A stretch of 57,152 nucleotides of DNA from Octopus bimaculoides (Eukaryota): contig NC_068983.1 in NCBI RefSeq assembly GCF_001194135.2, positions 126,776,805 through 126,833,956 on the forward strand, given 5' to 3'. Below are positions 39,924-53,503 of the stretch, piece by piece. A model generated the notes under the pieces. The model saw only the letters and a program-made list of their open reading frames with translations, was not told the origin of the DNA and made no database searches. A program made the position numbers and the translations under genes. Every line of letters starts with the position of its first letter. The stretch's first letter is position 1.

Positions 39924-40630
39924 AACTCTCCCATCAGTTTCGACATATGAGGAGCCGACAACCTACACTTTGTCAGTCATAATGCTTTTGTCCAATGTGG
40001 CATTTAAGTCCTGCCAACAATTTGCAAGAAAGCCTATAGATCCTGCAAGTATGAGGATTGCAGTTCAGTGGAGGTGATATATATGCGACCGCTTTTTCCT
40101 TTTGCCATGCCACTCGAAACCCGTTAGTGCCGGTTGCAACAAATTTTTTAATACTTATTTGACACAAGGATCGCCATTTTGTTCGCTTCAAGGCTGTTCG
40201 CTCAAAGGTGTAATGATCTATCTTTATTTCTTAGAAGTTAATCTTCAGCTCGTCCATATATCTGAGCCATAGTTGACCAACATTCCTATCCTCGAACTTA
40301 AGTTTGCTGTACATGAGGACTTTGGGTATTCTTTCAACATGGCCGGCCCAGCGGAGTTGTGATTGCATAAGGAAGCTCTCGATTCCACTAGACTTACACT
40401 TCTAAACATGTCGGCATTAGAAACTGTGGCTCTTAGTGAGTAACCGCAGATTGTCGTCAGACAGCCTTTGTGGAATATGTTTAGTTGGTTAATGTATCGT
40501 CTATAGGATTGCTACGATTCTGAGCCATACAAGAGAATAGTAACAATGGCAGCTTTATTGACCTGTATTTTGATTTCAAGTCTAATGCCCATTCCATTCT
40601 ATTGCCGCTGACGGAGCAGAAGTACATTGT
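39918..40630 (-). mobile_element. RTE-clade LINE 3' fragment (RT C-terminus, C2H2-like finger, 3' tail)
   Basis: Minus-strand frameshifted peptides IKIQVNKAAIVTILLYGSES, FHKGCL, SQLRWAGHV (40338-40356), PKVLMYSKL, KWRSLCQISIKKF and TCRIYRLSCKLLAGLKCH, ending gtcgaaactgatgggagagttcatcat(at)n. Confidence 0.85.
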
Positions 40631-40671
40631 TATGATACAATAAGGTTTTTCGTTGGCTCAAGGCCAGTAAT

Positions 40672-40860
40672 TTCAGGTGGTGTTGGGAATGTAGTCGATT
40701 ATATCGACCCGAGTGCTGAACTGGTATTTATTTTATCGACTCAGAAATGAAGAAGGCCAAAATAAACATTGGTGGCGTTTGAAATCAGAACATGGAGACA
40801 GACAAAATGTTGTCAAGCGGTTTGCCCGGCATGCTAACCGTTCTGCCAGTTAACCACCTT
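40672..40860 (-). mobile_element. SINE family C, degenerate
   Basis: gtcgattatatcgacccgagtgctgaactggtatttattttatcgac...ccggcatgctaaccgttctgccagttaaccacctt matches the family C reverse complement. Confidence 0.8.
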
Positions 40861-41387
40861 GTTGTAATTATGCAGAAATGAACTATAATTGTTTGATTCG
40901 ATTACTAGATATTACATTTGCAAATAAGTAAACTTGTGTGGTGAAAACGGTGGGGAAATCATATCATGACCAATATAAAATGTCATAGAATGTTAAACAA
41001 GGTGTTTCCTTCAGGAGTGTTATATACATATATATATGCACACATGTCAGAAGATGTGAAGGCTGTATTCCCCTTGTTCCTCTCTCTGAATATTCAAGTA
41101 ATTCTATCGCCAACATGTAACGATCAGAATTTTTCACAGGCACATATGTTTATCATCAGGTTGAAAATGATTAATTTATTCAATCACAGGTGCAATGCAC
41201 AGGGTAAAATTTCACGGAGTTTAAGATCATGCGATTTCCCTCGCTATGCATGATTTGACAGGAAAGGATTTTAAACATCCCATTATCATGATACACAATA
41301 GCGAGATCGAACTTGGCGCCTCGTGATTGCAGAGCAAAGCACTTAAAAAGTCAACTATGGTACACGCACACATATTTACAGAGAATG

Positions 41388-41431
<44 letters not shown>

Positions 41432-41765
41432 TATATTGGGAACGCTCTTTACAATACAAATAAAGAAAGTACATATTTGCCTAAGACTGTTTGCAATATT
41501 TTACAAATAGTAATTGTATTTTGGTGATGCTAGTAATCATTTGTAAATTATTTTTGTAAACCGTATCGACTAATACAGTCATTTTAGTTTGGGACATATT
41601 GTTTTATCGATCAATATGTTATCGAGAGCTTAACGTATAACCGACACAATTTGAAGTGTTACTCCAGTTGATATTCACACACAGAGGTGTATATGCTGAA
41701 GCAGATGCACACGTGTATATATATATGTGTATATATATTCTGTATACACATTCTGCACATCTATT

Positions 41766-41808
<43 letters not shown>

Positions 41809-42771
41809 NNNNNNNNNNNNNNNNNNNNNNNNNNNNNNNNNNNNNNNNNNNNNNNNNNNNNNNNNNNNNNNNNNNNNNNNNNNNNNNNNNNNNNNNNNNN
41901 NNNNNNNNNNNNNNNNNNNNNNNNNNNNNNNNNNNNNNNNNNNNNNNNNNNNNNNNNNNNNNNNNNNNNNNNNNNNNNNNNNNNNNNNNNNNNNNNNNNN
42001 NNNNNNNNNNNNNNNNNNNNNNNNNNNNNNNNNNNNNNNNNNNNNNNNNNNNNNNNNNNNNNNNNNNNNNNNNNNNNNNNNNNNNNNNNNNNNNNNNNNN
42101 NNNNNNNNNNNNNNNNNNNNNNNNNNNNNNNNNNNNNNNNNNNNNNNNNNNNNNNNNNNNNNNNNNNNNNNNNNNNNNNNNNNNNNNNNNNNNNNNNNNN
42201 NNNNNNNNNNNNNNNNNNNNNNNNNNNNNNNNNNNNNNNNNNNNNNNNNNNNNNNNNNNNNNNNNNNNNNNNNNNNNNNNNNNNNNNNNNNNNNNNNNNN
42301 NNNNNNNNNNNNNNNNNNNNNNNNNNNNNNNNNNNNNNNNNNNNNNNNNNNNNNNNNNNNNNNNNNNNNNNNNNNNNNNNNNNNNNNNNNNNNNNNNNNN
42401 NNNNNNNNNNNNNNNNNNNNNNNNNNNNNNNNNNNNNNNNNNNNNNNNNNNNNNNNNNNNNNNNNNNNNNNNNNNNNNNNNNNNNNNNNNNNNNNNNNNN
42501 NNNNNNNNNNNNNNNNNNNNNNNNNNNNNNNNNNNNNNNNNNNNNNNNNNNNNNNNNNNNNNNNNNNNNNNNNNNNNNNNNNNNNNNNNNNNNNNNNNNN
42601 NNNNNNNNNNNNNNNNNNNNNNNNNNNNNNNNNNNNNNNNNNNNNNNNNNNNNNNNNNNNNNNNNNNNNNNNNNNNNNNNNNNNNNNNNNNNNNNNNNNN
42701 NNNNNNNNNNNNNNNNNNNNNNNNNNNNNNNNNGATTTCACATCAGGAATATTGTAAATCAAATTGATAGC

Positions 42772-42808
<37 letters not shown>

Positions 42809-44420
42809 CCCGTTCATATTATGTAAAATATATTCGTGGTATTCAAACTGGCACCAGAAAGTTCCGCTTTTATAACATTCAGGAGTTTTATTAACAGGGA
42901 ATCGCCTAATAAAGCTGTATTCTGTTTCGATTTAATTTTGTGTAGATAGCATGTGTCTTCGAGCAAGTATGTGGTTATGATTCATTAAACCACGAAAAGA
43001 AAATATCACTTACTTTATCAAACTTTTTGGGATAGAATTAATGCAGTATAACCCAATGAGATTATATGGCTAGAAAATTTCCATAACTTTTTGATGCATC
43101 AAAACATTACAATGCAGGCAGTAAAATTTTGTTAAAAACTGTCTAGTTTAGTGTATAGAACCCAGCGTGATGCTTATATTTACTTTGAAGAGCCGTATGC
43201 AAAAATGTAAATATATTGTTGAAGTTCCATTGTAATAATTCTGTACCAAACAATCTATATTTAACATAATAGCAAACATTACTGGATTCATCTGTGTTTT
43301 CTTCAAGGAAATTCTTCACATCTAAATAGAAACTTTTGTCATAAAAATAAATGTGGATACAGAAATGGTTTCCATAAACCTGCATAGTTTATTTGATTTC
43401 AAACTTTTCAAACAAATTATAAAATATTGTTTCCAGAAATCTATTTAGTTTTACAAAAATTAAATTAACTTCTTGAAAAGAATTGCTACATACCTGTCTA
43501 TATAATTCTTGTACTAAATTCAATAATAATGTGAAAAAGAAAATTTACTAAGACATACTTATTTTCAATACTATAAAGTAAAACTGCTATTATGAGTCGA
43601 AAACTTACAAGAATTTGAATTTAGTTAAATTATATAGTAACATATATCAGGTACTTTCTAGCCAAATGCATAAATGCATTTACGGTCTAGCTATGTTATA
43701 TGTATAGTTGTAGACACGCAGGTAATATTTATATTTTTACCAAATATTGTAAAGTAAGCAGATGGTGTATGTTAATGAAATGTTCTGAAATGGCTGGTTA
43801 GGAGGTTCTCAGCTAGTCACGCACAATATTCTTAGTTTTAATATATATTCTTATAATCTTATATGAACCAGTATACCACTGGTTAATGTTACATCAACGA
43901 TTATTTATCATATAAGATATCATTATACACGGAGATGTATAATGGTCATGAATCTATAAACCTACATGCTAGTCATACATATTCACTTTTGAGATATGTG
44001 AGAGTAAAAAGTATGAGTGATATATGGTTTGAAATCGGTGCTAAAATCTACAGTTAAATTTCTGCTCAACTATCGCAATTGCAAAGCTCCACGTCCAACA
44101 AATAGTAAATCAACATGCCTGAAAGAAAAAGTGAGTCAGTTAAATGCACGTGATACTCTCTCATGATATTTTAAAAGGATAATTGGTTGTTTAGTGGTTT
44201 AGCGCTTACCTGTAACTGCATATTTAACACAAACTTATGTATTTCAAAGTGGATACATAATATATCACATTATATACTTATTGCCTCTAAATGAAACTTA
44301 GATGCATATTTCTGGAGAGAATCCATTGTCAACATAATCAAACAGCAACAAGAAAATAATAAGAATAGAACCGTATTGTGCAATCCCCAAACGGCAATAA
44401 ACTATGTAGGCTAGCTATGT

Positions 44421-44510
44421 CATTGCACACATTTCATACATTGACCCATTGCACACATTCAACACGTTGCACACATTGCACACAGTGCACACATTGCACA
44501 TATTACACAC
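44421..44510 (+). repeat. Degenerate ~9-10-bp minisatellite (attgcacac)n grading into (CA)n
   Basis: cattgcacacatt...cattgcacacattcaacacgttgcacacattgcacacagtgcacacattgcacat. Confidence 0.7.
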
Positions 44511-45044
44511 ACACACACATACATATGTGTGTATGTGCCTGGATGTGAATATGTGTGTATGTGTCTATGTGTGCGTGTATGTGTAAATATTAATATCTTG
44601 CAGAAGGCAGTAGATATGGAAAAAGAATTATAAGGAAATGTACGTTTCTATTTATAAAGCAGCTAATACATTCCGAACTGCATTAGTACTGTCACATTGG
44701 TTCACAGTGTAGTAATATGTTTTTGTAAACAGATTATCACAATCAATTTTGTATATTATTAAATATTCCAGAATGCCATATCCAGGATATGTTAAAATCA
44801 TTCATTGTAAATGTTTGCATTCAAATTATTCCAATGTAATACTACAATGCAATACTTAGAAAAATACAAAAATATTCCACAGTACAAAAATCCAAGCATG
44901 TTTTACTCCTTAGAAGAGATTTATGCGAATATACATTTTAGATGGCTAGTAACTAGTTGCTACGGGATGTAGTTTATTTATAGACTCACTAGGTAACACG
45001 AGAGTTAATATTAAGTACATTAATTACAAAGACAGTGATCTATC

Positions 45045-45440
45045 AGAATAGTTACAGCACCGAGCCAAATGCTTAGCAGCAATACGAAGTCCTTAGGCAT
45101 AGCGTTCGAGTTCTGCTGAGGTCGACAAAGTAAGTACCAGTTGAATACTGAGGTCGAAGTAACTGACTTACACCCTTCTTCGAAATAGCTGGCACTGTGC
45201 CAGATTTGAAACCAATGTAATGTAAGGTGGTGAGCAGGCAAAATCGTTAGAGCGCCTGACAAAATGCTTAGCGGCATCTGGTCCGCCTTTACGTTCTGAG
45301 TCCAAATTCCTTCGAGGTCACCTTTGTTTTTCATTATTTTGACTTCGATAAAACGAGTACCAGTTAATCAGCACACTCGATGTAATCGATAAACGCCCTC
45401 TCTTGAAATTTCTAGGTTTGTGCAAACATTAGAAACCATT
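45045..45440 (+). mobile_element. Two head-to-tail SINE family C copies (~45045-45215, internally deleted; 45223-45440)
   Basis: Both contain aaatgcttagc, gaggtc, agtaccagtt and similar 3' ends (gaaacca). Confidence 0.7.
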
Positions 45441-46278
45441 GTGCATACTCATGAACACTATTGTGTACATTAGTATGCTCAGATTAAATAGGGGTACACA
45501 TTTTTGTAAATGAGGTGATCCAAAAACAATGGGAATATATATTTTATAATTATTGATAAATGCAGAAATACAAGTGTTAGGAATTAATTACTAATATATA
45601 GTTAAATATATTTTTAATAAAAAAATTTTTCTTAATTCCTTGTTGTTCTGTCATATATTTTAGATGTTGATATCATGGCGAATGTTTAAAATTCGGCAGT
45701 TGATTTTCTTCACATCTCTCTAAATGCTTAATGACTCTTACTTTTCTTGTGCTTCGATTAAGAAATTAGTGTCAGTGAGACTTTATCCGTTTTCTATGTT
45801 ACATGTCAGTTTGGTCAATATAATTCTCGCCCCCACTACAGTATACCATGATACAAATTATGTTTCCTGATAGGCATATAAATTTTTCTTTGTCTATGTT
45901 TTACTGAGTTTAAAGGAGAACTTAGTACATTCTGATATATTTATACAAATTCTAGAATGCGACCTACCACACATTTAAGTTCCGGACTTGCATAACGTTG
46001 GTTGTTACTAAGACACTTATAAATACTTCTCGAATTTAATTATATTTTTTTTTCTGAGATTCTCCTCATTTTACGTTTGGGTTTCTGCAAAAGTGAATTT
46101 AGACTGAATACGTTTAAAAACCTTATTATTCGTAGACATATGGATTGGAGTATATATTTGATTCTCTTTTTGTTTCTCGGTTCTTAAGTCGCTCACATTA
46201 TTTGCCTTTCCTCATTATAATGTAACTTATTTGTTAATTATTAATGATTACTCATAAATGAGTATATCTTTCTTTCTT

Positions 46279-46315
<37 letters not shown>

Positions 46316-47837
46316 TTATCTATCTATCTATTTATATATTATGAAATCCACAAACATAATGCATAAGCGTAAACGAGCTGGCCTTTGTCGTTTAACCAGC
46401 CATAGTTTTTATATTAAATTTCAATTTTGTATATCACATGTGCATACGCACATATAAACATATTGCGCTAAGCTCCTATTTACTGAGTTTGACATGTTTA
46501 TTGAATATTGTAAATTCATAGGATTGTAAACTTTTATGTTTGTATGTTTATTGTGTGAATCACTTTGCATTACACACAAACGCACTCACACACATAGATA
46601 TGCACCTATATTTATACACACACATATATTTAGATATATACATACTTATGTATGCATATATGCCTACAAAGATTACACTCATCTAATTACACATGCTCAC
46701 ACATTTCTGCATATTCATTATGCATTTCGTTCGTTAATAGCATAAGCAGGTGTGCTTCCAAATTATCTTCTGATAAAGCAACTTTCGAAAAAGCTGCCCT
46801 ATTATACAAAGCTGCATAGGAATACTTCAAGCTTGAAATGTAAAAGAAACTATATTAAAACAAATAGGTTCAGACCAAGAAGGTGCAGCACTGGAAAGGT
46901 TTATGGTGCAATGATCCATATAACATGAATGTAGACATTAACATTGCTAGAAATTTCCTGAAATTAATAGATAGCACTTCATACAGCCAAATAAATAGCA
47001 TAAAAAACTATGATAAAAATGCGATTAGTTAGAAATTGTAACCGCTCCAATATAGGCTCGATTATATTCAACCTGATTACAAATAACAATAAGAGAAATA
47101 CTTTTCACCACAACATTTATACAAATGTAGATCACCGGATGGCTGCCAAGTAAATAATATTTACCCTGAGAAAAAAAAAATGTTGGATTTGAACGGGATA
47201 ACAAAATAATAAGTATCGGAATAAGGGAAAACATTTTCAAAGAAGATATACGTAACAGTTGACTCTGTTTAGAGAAAACAAAACAAAACAAAAAAACAAA
47301 CAGATAACACACAACAACGCTATCCAATTTCATAAGAACTCTGACAAAGAGATGCATGTATATCCTGGAGCATTATTTATAATGCAATTATATATAGGGG
47401 CCGGTCAGAAAATGTGAACTGACAAATTAAACATTATTACATCAAAGCAAATATTTTAAATATTCGCGATGAAACCTTCTCCCCTTGCATGTACAAGAAA
47501 CAGTTCACACCCGAAAATTTAAAGCTGGATACATCAACTGCATTTCTGCTCCCCAACCTGGATAAGTTTTTTCAGAACAACAATTATATGTATTTTATGA
47601 TCTTTATGCATAAAAGACACATTACCCCAGGATCAGCTCCCTCATTACACAAATATATGGGTATTCCTGATATCACACGATATTCCCAAATTTATGAACT
47701 CGCAACTCCATGAGCTAAAAATTACATGAATTGTCCCAGGAACCAAGCTGGACGTCAAAATACGTGAAAGATATGTGAAACTCCACAATTCTAAGTTCAC
47801 ATCTAAACACGAACAAAATGCATAATGCAGCTATAGG

Positions 47838-48044
47838 CAGTGGCGGACTAGCCAAGTTGCCAGCTTGCCCGATGGCAAGTGAGCCCCTACGGAATTAGAA
47901 TTCATATATAGGGACCCATGTTGGTATCTAAGGGGTCCATGCCATCAAGGTTGAGAATTTTTTCTTCACTACTGGAAGTATGCATTAATTATTTCAGCTC
48001 GGCTGTGTTTGTAGACATTTCAACAACAACAGCAACAACACCAA

Positions 48045-48106
<62 letters not shown>

Positions 48107-48191
48107 TGATAAATAAATGAGGGCATAGTAGTTGCGCGTGGGCCTCCTTAGTCTCCTGGCAACCAATATTTTTAGGCCCAATCCGCCACTG
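47838..48191. mobile_element. hAT-type MITE (354 bp) with internal (AAT)n
   Basis: TIRs cagtggcgga / tccgccactg; the flanking 8-mers gctatagg (47830-47837) and gttacagg (48192-48199) differ only by two C/T transitions, consistent with an 8-bp TSD. Confidence 0.75.
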
Positions 48192-48646
48192 GTTACAGGT
48201 ATGTTTGCGTATGCGCATGAAATATATAATTTAAGTTTAAACTTAATATTTGTAAAAGTCATACATGATATAAGGGAGGTAATATTTTGGGTATTTCTCC
48301 CTTCAGATGTATATTGATTTGTTTACTCTAAACTTTCGCGTGACCTCAGGTGATTATAGTGTGATTATAATAAGATGAAGATGAGCATCAACGTGTCATG
48401 TGGCAAATTTGAATAGTTGTTGAGAGATAGCTCTTTCAACAAGAAACCAATGGTGCGTTGTGATTAATGATATGAACTTTATAATAAAGAAAATTAATTT
48501 CTGAAGAGAATTGTTGATGACTAACCGTTTCAATTATGAATTGATTGATGGATTATCAATTGATTAATTAGTCATGCAAGCTAATGTTTAGCGAGGAAAC
48601 ATTTCATCAAGTACTTCGAAACATCCGTAATAGTCAATAAAGTTCT

Positions 48647-48692
<46 letters not shown>

Positions 48693-48924
48693 CAGCAGCA
48701 GTAGTAGCAGTAGTAGCAGTTTGGCGATGGCGCTGCAATAGTGCATAGCAGTTGATTCCTCATTCCTGGCGGATGCCACCCCTACACCACTGTGGGAGTT
48801 TGTTCCATTCTGTGCATAGTTATCGTTGGTGAACATTTCAGAAGGTCGGGGTGCAACTCCTATCTCGACCTTCCTTTATTAACTTTTATCACGGGAACAT
48901 AAAGTAGAACAACGGGAAAGAAAT

Positions 48925-49018
48925 ATTTTGTTCCGGAACACAAGCCGCCTAGTCCGTGTATCGAACTCAGGACCTAATGATTGAGATGCAACACTCTAAC
49001 CATAAGGCAACACATTAC
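48925..49018 (-). mobile_element. tRNA-like SINE head fragment
   Basis: Minus strand ttgccttatggttagagtgttgcatctcaatcattaggtcctgagttcgatacacgg...ttgtgttcc resembles the CORE-SINE heads at 1992 and 50773. Confidence 0.55.
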
Positions 49019-49076
49019 ATGAAACAATTTATTGTTCATTCTTTGCCTGATACATCTCTCATTAACTCATTCCCTC

Positions 49077-49109
<33 letters not shown>

Positions 49110-49265
49110 NNNNNNNNNNNNNNNNNNNNNNNNNNNNNNNNNNNNNNNNNNNNNNNNNNNNNNNNNNNNNNNNNNNNNNNNNNNNNNNNNNNNNNNNNNN
49201 NNNNNNNNNNNNNNNNNNNNNNNNNNNNNNNNNNNNNNNNNNNNNNNNNNNNNNNNNNNNNNNNN

Positions 49266-49304
<39 letters not shown>

Positions 49305-49311
49305 ATAGATC

Positions 49312-49342
<31 letters not shown>

Positions 49343-49754
49343 ATATGTATGTGCGTGTGTGTGTGTATGCAAATTATAATTAAGGGGATCTAAAAGATAC
49401 CACCATGTTAGAGACAGCAGTCAGAACTTGACTCAAAAACCACATCAATTATTCATACAGAACTAGGAGAAAAGACAAATAGACAAATGAACTAGCAAAA
49501 ACTTATTGGATAATCCCAGATCTAGATTTCTGGCCTTGCATAAAGATATTCTCTGCCTCATCAGTGGGATATACAAAGATAGTACGTAATTAGAAATATA
49601 TATGTATATATACATACAACATAAGAATACCTACATATACGCACGTATACATACACATATATGTACGTATGAACTCGACCGGTTCAATTGCCCGTCTGAA
49701 CTCCAGGTGCTATATTGTCAAAATACCACCGCAGTGAATATAATGACGAAGTAC

Positions 49755-50160
49755 ATATATAAATTTATATAAATAAGGATAAGATCGTCATTTAAAATAT
49801 AGATCATATCAAATGGCCAGCATAAGAATAAAATTTTATAGGTAATAATTTTTATTAAGATTATAATTAAAGGTATCATGCTAGAGACAGCAGTCAAAAC
49901 TTAACTCTAAAACAACATCAAGTATTCATACAGTACCAGGAGGAATAAAAAAAATTGTCCCGATTCTCTATGAATACTTGACGTGGTTTTAGAGTCAAGT
50001 TTTCACTCCTATCTCTAGCATGGTGGTATCTTTTACATACCCTTAATTATAAGTTTAATAATAATTATTACCTATCAGGTTTTTATTCTCATGCTGGCCA
50101 CTTGGCATGATCGGTATTCTAAATAACGATCTCATCCTTATTTATATAAATTTATATATA
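49755..50160. mobile_element. Foldback / MITE with ~180-190-bp arms and a ~38-bp loop
   Basis: 49755-49930 (atatataaatttatataaataaggataagatcg...caagtattcata) is the reverse complement of 49969-50160; a partial extra arm lies at ~49372-49470. Confidence 0.85.
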
Positions 50161-50465
50161 TATAATATAATATCAAATTACGATGCAGGAAACAAAGTTT
50201 GCTTTTAAGAAGCTTTGCGATGTACTGAGTACAACGACCGGTAATCACAGGAATGAGAGAGCGTGACTCATGGCTAGCTCCTAGCAAATTTCTCTGCCAA
50301 AAATATGGCTATGTTATCCTGCTCCTGCTATTCTGTTAGCATTATTCTGCGTTTGAAAATCAATTATTTCTGTATATTTTACTCACACACACACACACAC
50401 ACACACGCACGCACACATACACATACATAGACACACACACACATATATATGTATATATAAGAAAA

Positions 50466-50773
50466 ACTCTGTCGGTTACGGTGATGAGGGTCCCGGATGA
50501 TACGGTCAACGTAACAGCTTGCTCGTGAAATTAACTTGAAAGTGGCTGAGCACCCAACAGATACGTGTACATTTAACGTAGTTCTCAGGAATATTCAGCG
50601 TGACGAAGCTGGCCCTTTGAAATACAGGTACTACTTATTTTTGACAGCTGAGTGGACTGGAGCAACGTTAAATAAAATTTCTAACTGAAGGACACAACGC
50701 GACGCTGGGAACTGAAATTACGACCTTACGATCGCGAGGCGAATACCCTAACCACTAAACCACGTGCCTTCAC
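50466..50773 (-). mobile_element. CORE-SINE carrying the family A 3' tail
   Basis: Head gtgaaggcacgtggtttagtggttaggg, CORE-like gactggagcaacgttaaataaaatt...aaggacacaac, and tail ctcgtgaaattaacttgaaagtggctgagcac...cgtagttctcaggaatattcagcgtgac homologous to 4390-4480. Confidence 0.8.
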
Positions 50774-52789
50774 ACACACGCGCATACACATACATACGCA
50801 TAACTATACATAACACATATATGTAAATATATATATATATANNNNNNNNNNNNNNNNNNNNNNNNNNNNNNNNNNNNNNNNNNNNNNNNNNNNNNNNNNN
50901 NNNNNNNNNNNNNNNNNNNNNNNNNNNNNNNNNNNNNNNNNNNNNNNNNNNNNNNNNNNNNNNNNNNNNNNNNNNNNNNNNNNNNNNNNNNNNNNNNNNN
51001 NNNNNNNNNNNNNNNNNNNNNNNNNNNNNNNNNNNNNNNNNNNNNNNNNNNNNNNNNNNNNNNNNNNNNNNNNNNNNNNNNNNNNNNNNNNNNNNNNNNN
51101 NNNNNNNNNNNNNNNNNNNNNNNNNNNNNNNNNNNNNNNNNNNNNNNNNNNNNNNNNNNNNNNNNNNNNNNNNNNNNNNNNNNNNNNNNNNNNNNNNNNN
51201 NNNNNNNNNNNNNNNNNNNNNNNNNNNNNNNNNNNNNNNNNNNNNNNNNNNNNNNNNNNNNNNNNNNNNNNNNNNNNNNNNNNNNNNNNNNNNNNNNNNN
51301 NNNNNNNNNNNNNNNNNNNNNNNNNNNNNNNNNNNNNNNNNNNNNNNNNNNNNNNNNNNNNNNNNNNNNNNNNNNNNNNNNNNNNNNNNNNNNNNNNNNN
51401 NNNNNNNNNNNNNNNNNNNNNNNNNNNNNNNNNNNNNNNNNNNNNNNNNNNNNNNNNNNNNNNNNNNNNNNNNNNNNNNNNNNNNNNNNNNNNNNNNNNN
51501 NNNNNNNNNNNNNNNNNNNNNNNNNNNNNNNNNNNNNNNNNNNNNNNNNNNNNNNNNNNNNNNNNNNNNNNNNNNNNNNNNNNNNNNNNNNNNNNNNNNN
51601 NNNNNNNNNNNNNNNNNNNNNNNNNNNNNNNNNNNNNNNNNNNNNNNNNNNNNNNNNNNNNNNNNNNNNNNNNNNNNNNNNNNNNNNNNNNNNNNNNNNN
51701 NNNNNNNCATGAATATTTGTGTTTGTTCTATGCTAACTTATTTGTGTATAAAGACATGCTTAAAATGAAGCGAAAAGCTTGCATAGCATAGCGAAGGCAA
51801 TACACTCTAATTGATATAGAATTTATTATATATATCTTGTGCCCTGACCTAACGCAGTTATTTTAAATCACCGTCAATTGTGTAGCTGGAATATAATTCC
51901 AAAATCAATAATCAGGTCCAGAGATTTAATCTTGCCATCAGTCACTACTTAATACAGGGTTAGGCAATATATTATTTTAAGGGGGATAAACGCTAACTTC
52001 CCACACACACCTATTTTTCAAAGTAGTTAATACTATTGATTATAACGGGGGAAACTACTCAACTTGAAGACATTTTTGAAGACCTTCGTTAAAATCAATG
52101 TAAGTTTACATCAAAATGTCAGCAGAAGCCAATCATGATAAACAATTTCGTTATTATATAATTGTTACTCTAATGAAATTTTGAAATAATTGATTTTTGT
52201 TTCTTTTAAGCAATTAACCTTGAAATAATATAGTTTGTTATGCTTGGAATATATTCAAGTGGATGATTCATAATGAAATACACAGAATCTGTTTTAAATC
52301 ATTGTGAAATAATAAGATTTCAAGGTCTCAAATGAAACAGAGATTTCTTTTGCTTTCAGTAGTGGTAATAGAAACGTATGGTTGCTTCAACAAATAACCA
52401 AACAAAATTATAGCGACTTTAGGTTTATGTATGTTTCTAATAATTTTATACATAACATACAAAATCTAATACAAATATTTTAATTATTAAGTGAACGAAG
52501 GAGTTAAACTTTCAATGAGGACAGCATTTTATATACACCAATAAAGTCTCTGCTCTGAAATGTAATATGTAGCAAATCATTGTTATGCATGTAACTGTAT
52601 TCCGCACAGACACAAACAAACATACGCATCATATATGTATATATAAATACAAATACATACTACATACAAATACATACATAAGTACAGATATGTGCAGCTA
52701 TATGCATATGCATGTATGTATGCATGTACGTTCCTATATACTCCATCTTCTTCCACCTCTACTTTTACTCTATCTCTTTCGCCACACTT

Positions 52790-52960
52790 ACCCTCTCTTT
52801 CTAACTCCGCTTGCCTACGATGTGACGGGTGTCCAGCGAATGTGGTTCTGATCTTTTTCGCCCTCTCTGTGACCAGACTGGCCATGCTGGCCTCTGCTCC
52901 CACATTATCCCCAAGGACTTCCTCCATTTCCTCTTTATGCAACCAACTAAGTTCGTTCGA
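52790..52960 (-). mobile_element. Possible RTE-clade LINE RT C-terminal fragment
   Basis: Minus-strand peptide LSWLHKEEMEEVL...ERAKKIRTTFAGHPSHR loosely fits ISWxDxxTNEEVL...RxRFAGHxxR. Confidence 0.4.
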
Positions 52961-53467
52961 TAACTGCACATATCTTTTTCTTATATTTGTGGTATATGTA
53001 TAATAATTATCTTTTTTCCATCGTCAGGTTTTATGCTGTTATATATGCATAATTCTTTGTCTATTGTATGTATATAATGTCTTATTGTTTTCTGTATTAG
53101 AAAACAATCGCTAACGTTTCTCAGTAGCTTAATAAGAAGCACTGGTACCTGCAAAATCGAATAGTATCAATGGTAATTGGCGAGAAAAAGCTATGATATT
53201 TTGTGTCATTGACTGACGAGGAAAACACAGGTGAGAATATTCCGTGCATCGTGCCTTTGTCTATATATATGTATGTGTGTGTGTGTGCATATATATATAT
53301 ATATNNNNNNNNNNNNNNNNNNNNNNNNNNNNNNNNNNNNNNNNNNNNNNNNNNNNNNNNNNNNNNNNNNNNNNNNNNNNNNNNNNNNNNNNNNNNNNNN
53401 NNNNNNNNNNNNNNNNNNNNNNNNNNNNNNNNNNNNNNNNNNNNNNNNNNNNNNNNNNNNNNGTATG

Positions 53468-53503
<36 letters not shown>

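Noticed and set aside
45500-45540. tgaggtgatccaaaaacaatgggaat resembling a mariner TIR; also cacctcgta near 29690
   Set aside because: No matching partner terminus found for either.
48841-48873. 8-bp perfect stem gaaggtcg/cgaccttc
   Set aside because: Isolated short hairpin with no supporting context.
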